From a virus (lineage: Duplodnaviria > Caudoviricetes), in IMG/VR virus record IMGVR_UViG_3300026907_000062, positions 1 to 37,471 of that record: 37,471 nt of DNA. One strand, 5' to 3'. A program made the position numbers and the translations under genes. The notes below the pieces were generated by a model. It was given only the letters and a program-made list of their open reading frames with translations. It ran no database searches and had not been told where the DNA came from. Shown piece by piece: positions 33,001 to 37,471 of this stretch. Each line of letters opens with the position of its first letter. Position 1 is the stretch's first letter.

Positions 33001-35235
33001 ATGGCCGTTGCGTCCTACATCCTGCCCCGCTTCAAGGCCATCGATGATTTTGGCCGCCCTATGGTGGGGGCCAAGCTTTACACCTATCAGAACAAAACTA
33101 CTACGCCGGCTGCCACATACCAGGACGCGCAACAGTCGGCCGCCAACACCAATCCCATCGTCCTGAACGCCTCGGGCGAGGCGATCATCTACCTGCTTAC
33201 CGACCAGGTTTACACGTTCGTCCTGAAAGACGCGAACGACGTTTCGGTATGGTCGCAGGATGACGTTACTGGCGCTGCTTCCCCTACGGATGTAGAGGCC
33301 GCGATTGATCGGTTTGCAGAGAAGCTGGCTGACCCGACCAACACTGATCTAGGCGCTGCGCTTGTCGGCGGAGTTAACCGCGTTGTGGACACCGTTGCTG
33401 ATGTCCGCAAGCAGCGTGGGATTAAGAATCCGTATGTGGTAGCGACCGGCTATTACGCTCGGAACGACAAGCAGCCATCGTTTTACGTCTACGACCCCGC
33501 TGACAGCACGACTGCAGACAATGGATTCACCGTACTGGTCAGCGAATACGGTGACAGGTACAAGCTTAATCACCCTGGGTCGGTATCGATCGATGAAGCC
33601 GGCGCAAAGGGAGACGGCGTAACGGACGATTCGGCGCGCATTCAAGTCGCGTTCGACTGGGCAAGTGTGTCGAAAGTCCCGCTGACCGCAAGTGCAAGGA
33701 CATACGGCCTGGCCCTGTCGCAGCGCATTGACCTGGAGGCGCAGGCCCAGACGTACTGCTCCCTAATTTACAAGACCGGCGTGAAGATCCGCGGCCAAGG
33801 TGCCGGCGCGACGGTTTTCAAGCTGCTGGACAACCAGAGCACCGACGCCAGCCCAAAGTTTTTCAACCTGATGGCGTCGAACCAGGTCCTCGATCACATC
33901 GATATCCAGGGCATCACGTTCGACCTCAATGGGCAAAACAACAAGATCAGCCCGGACCGCGGCTCCGGGGTCTATGCCGCGTTTAACACAGCGGCGTTGA
34001 TGGTGTCGGGCAGCGTGGCCACGACGGGTACGGATGCGCGCGTCACGAACTCCCGAATCATGTTCTGCGAGTTCATCAACATTCCTGGTGTGACTGGCAT
34101 TGCCTTGGGTCAGCGATACACCCATTCTGGCGTGAAGGGGTCGAACAACGAAATCGCGTTCTGCCGCTTTTACAACAACGGCATTGACTCGTCCGACCAC
34201 TCATCGATCTATGGGTTCAGCGACGATGCCAGGTATCACCATAACTTCTTCGATCATCCGACTCCCTCGACTGGTCGTGGCGGCCCGGTTGTCTGCGTGG
34301 AGTGCTTCGGGTCGAACATCAGCGTGCACGACAACTTCGGTCGCAACTATCTGCAGTTCGCCTGGGTTGGCGCAGGAGAAGAGGGCGAGCACCGCGGAAT
34401 CTCCATCTATAACAACCGCGCGCTTATCTCGCTTCGTGCTGTTGGCACCTGGAGCACTGCAGTACAGAACGATGGGATTGCGGACCTGTCGATCTACGAC
34501 AACGACATCGTGATGCTGGCGGCGCCCATCGCCATATCTGGGATCCCACGCGTCGCGTTCGATCTTGTCATGCATGACTGCAACCTGATCGGCGTGTCTG
34601 TGTATGGAAACAGGGTGATCTGCCGGGACCGAACGGACAACACTGGCCTGGTGTTGCTCGCCACGACTGGGCGGTCAATCGGACCCGCGCACATCTGGAA
34701 CAACGTTTTCTCCGGGTTCAGCCGCGGGATCGGCGTGGGCGTCGAGGGATCCGGGTCCATTCTTGGTCTCAGCGCGTGGAATAACACCTTTGAGAACATG
34801 GCGCCGACCACGGCGCGGCCCACCGACACCATTTGCATCGATATCAGTGGGCTCATCTATGAGCTGTTCCTGGAAGACAACAACGGCCTGGGCAGCGACC
34901 TGTATCCGGGAAGCACGCCCAAGTACGGCATCACGCTCGCCGGGAATATCGGCCGCCTTCACATGGAAGGCAACGGGCTGCGTGCCTCGCAAAACGACAT
35001 CCTGATGAACGCCATTGTTTCCGGCCGCCGTACCGGGCGCCAGGCGCTGACGTTCGCCGCGATGCCGTTGGAATCGACGTGGAAGATTGGGGACACAACT
35101 TACCTTCATCCGGCGCCGCTGCTGGGTGCGGCACCCAACCAATACATCATGGACGGGTGGCAACGCATGACTGACGGGACCGCCAACGTGCTGGGCGTCG
35201 ATTGGCGAGAGCGCCGTCTACTCGTGGGCCCGTGA
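33001..35235 (+). CDS. Tailspike / polysaccharide depolymerase (beta-helix)
   Basis: N-terminal head-binding GAKLYTY...NTNPIVLNASGEA; GAKGDGVTDDS beta-helix cap; Asn/Ile/Gly-rich repeats. Confidence 0.88.
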   Translation: MAVASYILPRFKAIDDFGRPMVGAKLYTYQNKTTTPAATYQDAQQSAANTNPIVLNASGEAIIYLLTDQVYTFVLKDANDVSVWSQDDVTGAASPTDVEAAIDRFAEKLADPTNTDLGAALVGGVNRVVDTVADVRKQRGIKNPYVVATGYYARNDKQPSFYVYDPADSTTADNGFTVLVSEYGDRYKLNHPGSVSIDEAGAKGDGVTDDSARIQVAFDWASVSKVPLTASARTYGLALSQRIDLEAQAQTYCSLIYKTGVKIRGQGAGATVFKLLDNQSTDASPKFFNLMASNQVLDHIDIQGITFDLNGQNNKISPDRGSGVYAAFNTAALMVSGSVATTGTDARVTNSRIMFCEFINIPGVTGIALGQRYTHSGVKGSNNEIAFCRFYNNGIDSSDHSSIYGFSDDARYHHNFFDHPTPSTGRGGPVVCVECFGSNISVHDNFGRNYLQFAWVGAGEEGEHRGISIYNNRALISLRAVGTWSTAVQNDGIADLSIYDNDIVMLAAPIAISGIPRVAFDLVMHDCNLIGVSVYGNRVICRDRTDNTGLVLLATTGRSIGPAHIWNNVFSGFSRGIGVGVEGSGSILGLSAWNNTFENMAPTTARPTDTICIDISGLIYELFLEDNNGLGSDLYPGSTPKYGITLAGNIGRLHMEGNGLRASQNDILMNAIVSGRRTGRQALTFAAMPLESTWKIGDTTYLHPAPLLGAAPNQYIMDGWQRMTDGTANVLGVDWRERRLLVGP

Positions 35236-35297
35236 TATGTGCGGCCGCGCTCCGTTCGTGCTGACCGTCAACATCGCGTACCACCATCGGAGGCGCT

Positions 35298-35516
35298 ATG
35301 CCCCAAAGGATCATCAAGATGCAAGCTGAAATCGGCGCCGAAATCGCAAAGGCCGCGCCACCGGCAACTGTCGTGGTCGCGGGCGCTGCGTCAGGCTGGG
35401 ACTTGAATGCAGCCGTGCTATGGGCGACGTTGATCTACATCGGGTTGCAGGCAGCCTATCTGCTTTGGAAGTGGTGGCGGGACGTGCGGCGCGAGCGGAA
35501 AGAGGTGGAAGCGTGA
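35298..35516 (+). CDS. Holin (probably a pinholin, possible dual start)
   Basis: 72 aa, two hydrophobic segments, basic C-terminus; directly before the endolysin. Confidence 0.75.
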   Translation: MPQRIIKMQAEIGAEIAKAAPPATVVVAGAASGWDLNAAVLWATLIYIGLQAAYLLWKWWRDVRRERKEVEA

Positions 35517-36007
35517 TCCCGCCCGCGCTGAAGCGGAAAGTTCTGGCCGCGGCCGGCGCTGGCGCAATCACCATTGCCGGCGTGCTGGTCACGCACTTCG
35601 AACCTGGGAAGGTGCGCGGCAAGCCGTACATCGACCCCGTCGGCGTGCTGACCGTCTGCGACGGACACACCGGCCCAGATATCGACCCCAAGCGCCTCTA
35701 CACCGACGCCGAATGTGATGCGTGGCGTGACGCGGACTTGGCCACGGCCGACCGCGTGGTGCGTCGACTCATCACCGTGCCGCTCAACGACTGGCAGCGC
35801 GCGGCGCTCATCGACTTTACCTACAACCTGGGCGCGGGCAATTTAGAGCAGTCCACCATGCGCCGCAAGTTCAACGCAGGGGACTATGCCGGCGGTTGCG
35901 CTGAGCTGGACCGCTGGGTAAAGGGTAGGGTGGGCGGCAAGCTGATGACGCTGCCCGGCCTGGTGACGCGCAGGGAGGTCGACAAGTGGGTCTGCCTTCA
36001 ATCCTGA
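35513..36007 (+). CDS. SAR endolysin (GH24 lysozyme)
   Basis: Ala/Gly-rich N-terminal SAR helix; E...D-x5-T triad (FE...YIDPVGVLTVC), FTYNLG, LPGLVTRR. Confidence 0.9.
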   Translation: MIPPALKRKVLAAAGAGAITIAGVLVTHFEPGKVRGKPYIDPVGVLTVCDGHTGPDIDPKRLYTDAECDAWRDADLATADRVVRRLITVPLNDWQRAALIDFTYNLGAGNLEQSTMRRKFNAGDYAGGCAELDRWVKGRVGGKLMTLPGLVTRREVDKWVCLQS

Positions 36008-36489
36008 TCGGCTGGAAGGGCTACGCCGTGGCGTTGCTGGCCGGCGCGCTGATGGTGGCGGGTTTGGTGCTAGAGCGGCAATGGTATGGCGCCCGCCAGT
36101 ACCAAGCGGGTGTCACGCACACGCAACTTGAGGCGGCAGCCAACGCCCGACAGATCGAGGCGCGGTATCGACGCCTGGAGCAGGAAACCGCAGCCGATTA
36201 CGCGGCTCGTCTGGAGAAAGCTAATGAAGCAACGCGCATATCGAATACTGAGCGTGATCTTGCTGCCGGTGCTGTTGGTAGCTTGCGGGACACCATCGAT
36301 GCCGAGCGTACCAGAGCCACCCAAGCAGCCGCCCGCGCCGGCCTCTCTGAGCGAACCGCTGCCAGAGCCTGGGATGTTCTCAAAACGTGCACGGATGAAT
36401 ATGCAGCGCTGGCAAGAGATGCTGACGCAGCCATCGACGGACTAAGACCTCTGGCTGCGTGGGCTAAAGCCGTAGCTCCTAAGCAGTAG
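35986..36489 (+). CDS. Rz: Inner-membrane spanin
   Basis: N-terminal TM plus coiled coil, after the endolysin. Confidence 0.75.
   Translation: MGLPSILIGWKGYAVALLAGALMVAGLVLERQWYGARQYQAGVTHTQLEAAANARQIEARYRRLEQETAADYAARLEKANEATRISNTERDLAAGAVGSLRDTIDAERTRATQAAARAGLSERTAARAWDVLKTCTDEYAALARDADAAIDGLRPLAAWAKAVAPKQ
36224..36445 (+). CDS. Rz1: Outer-membrane lipoprotein spanin, embedded in Rz (+1 frame)
   Basis: GGAG RBS, signal peptide with lipobox LLVAC, Pro-rich mature part. Confidence 0.8.
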   Translation: MKQRAYRILSVILLPVLLVACGTPSMPSVPEPPKQPPAPASLSEPLPEPGMFSKRARMNMQRWQEMLTQPSTD

Positions 36490-37471
36490 CCGGAACTGCT
36501 GCAGGCTGGGCGGTAACCTTCCTTTTGCTGCCCAGCTTGCGCAGGAAGTTACGGGACGGGCGCTCGATCAGGTAGTAGGAGATCGTGGCTGTGCAGATGG
36601 CTAGTGATATCTTGTCAGCCAAGCGCAAGCCAACGATCTCATTGGACATAACTATGTTGAGCAAGACGTGCGTCAGATAGAGGGAATAGGAGATTTCGCC
36701 AAGGAACACCGAAACGCGATTCCCGAACAATAGACGGCCTAAGCCCTTGTTGCTCAACAGGCCGGCGATTAGCAGCAGCGCGCCGCAGGTCATGATCCAG
36801 GATCGGAATGGAACGGTGCAGGCATAGCCGAGGATCGCGATACCTGAGATCACCAGGGCGTTAGAGACTGTGGCGGTGGTACTTTCGATGCCTTGAGTTA
36901 GGCGGTACAACGCCACCCCAGCGATGAAAACAGCTGTGAATTGGACGAGAAAATTTCCGTGGGAGAGCACCACCCCATTGGTGTTAACCCCAGCCGCCTG
37001 GAGTAAAGCAGTATACGGGCTGTCCATAAGTATCCACACTACTGCGGCAATGACAGAAGCGGAAACCACCTTGGGTAGCTTGAAAAGAGCTAGCGCGATG
37101 AACGGAAACCAGAGATAGGCAAACATTTCCACGCTGATCGTCCAGGAAAGCGCATTCCATGAGAACTCGTTCACGAATCCCCAAGCCTGTACTAGAAGTA
37201 GATTCAGCCCGAACGTGAAAGGTGTTTCATTGGTGGACGGGATGATGTACCCAGTTTCCATCAGCGCCAGATACGTAAACAGGGTCACGAAATGCAGCGG
37301 ATAGATTCTGGCTACTCGCTTGTAAAAATAGCTGGCGTAACTTGTCAGGCTCATAGAGCCCCTGAACTCACGATAGACGTGAGCCATTACGAACCCACTT
37401 AGAACAAGAAAGATGATGACGCCGGTAAACCCGTTCATCAGGATTTGCATGAGGGCATCATCCCCCTTCAT
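36479..37471 (-). CDS. Acyltransferase-3 (OafA-like) membrane O-acyltransferase; N-terminus may extend beyond the window
   Basis: FLVLSGFV, KRVARIYPL, WTISVE, LGEISYSLYLTH, YYLIERP; many TM segments; more AT-rich than the phage core. Confidence 0.88.
   Translation of the reverse strand: MKGDDALMQILMNGFTGVIIFLVLSGFVMAHVYREFRGSMSLTSYASYFYKRVARIYPLHFVTLFTYLALMETGYIIPSTNETPFTFGLNLLLVQAWGFVNEFSWNALSWTISVEMFAYLWFPFIALALFKLPKVVSASVIAAVVWILMDSPYTALLQAAGVNTNGVVLSHGNFLVQFTAVFIAGVALYRLTQGIESTTATVSNALVISGIAILGYACTVPFRSWIMTCGALLLIAGLLSNKGLGRLLFGNRVSVFLGEISYSLYLTHVLLNIVMSNEIVGLRLADKISLAICTATISYYLIERPSRNFLRKLGSKRKVTAQPAAVPATA

Larger units (their letters stand above)
1..37471. mobile_element. Temperate prophage: lambdoid early region, P22-like podovirus structural module; att sites not visible
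   Basis: Colinear integration, immunity, replication, packaging, head, short-tail/ejection, tailspike and lysis modules; no tape measure or sheath gene. Confidence 0.96.

Noticed and set aside
33001..37471. Diversity-generating retroelement as in Bordetella phage BPP-1
   Set aside because: No reverse transcriptase and no TR/VR repeat pair seen; the receptor-binding protein is a beta-helix tailspike
1..37471. CRISPR array, att core repeats, IS elements
   Set aside because: No regularly spaced repeat-spacer series, no terminal direct repeat and no transposase seen; the window is cut at gene boundaries, so att sites probably lie outside

Overview
The window is an essentially complete temperate prophage of about 37.5 kb, running from the integrase stop codon to a terminal acyltransferase gene; no att sites are visible. 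The early region is lambdoid and the virion module is P22-like (podovirus). A GC-rich betaproteobacterial host is likely (an Achromobacter/Bordetella-like host is my inference only). Gene order: int/xis; an accessory early-left operon (C5 DNA methyltransferase, ssb, exonuclease, P22 gp17-like protein, many small ORFs); PL with boxA; the cI/cro switch with five ATAGG-N4-CCTAT operators; HNH endonuclease, cII, ninB, DUF1376 initiator, DnaB-like helicase, RuvC-like resolvase and Q; late genes (Gp49-family, terS, terL, portal, scaffold, N4-gp56-type capsid, gp4/gp10-like tail, 2OG-Fe(II) hydroxylase, GNAT, three ejection proteins, tailspike); holin, SAR endolysin, Rz/Rz1; and a convergent OafA-like acyltransferase. 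Most notable: (1) at least three unannotated tRNA-shaped RNAs in the early-left transcript, each with a closing stem, a GG-loop D-like arm, variable inserted arms and a T-like arm, one ending in ACCA and two abutting head-to-tail; (2) a split C5-methyltransferase whose missing motif IX and three tandem ~40-aa W(P/G)TP modules are encoded in a nested alternative frame; (3) candidate anti-defence genes, and a hydroxylase+GNAT pair inside the tail module. All family assignments come from motif recognition by eye, not database searches.
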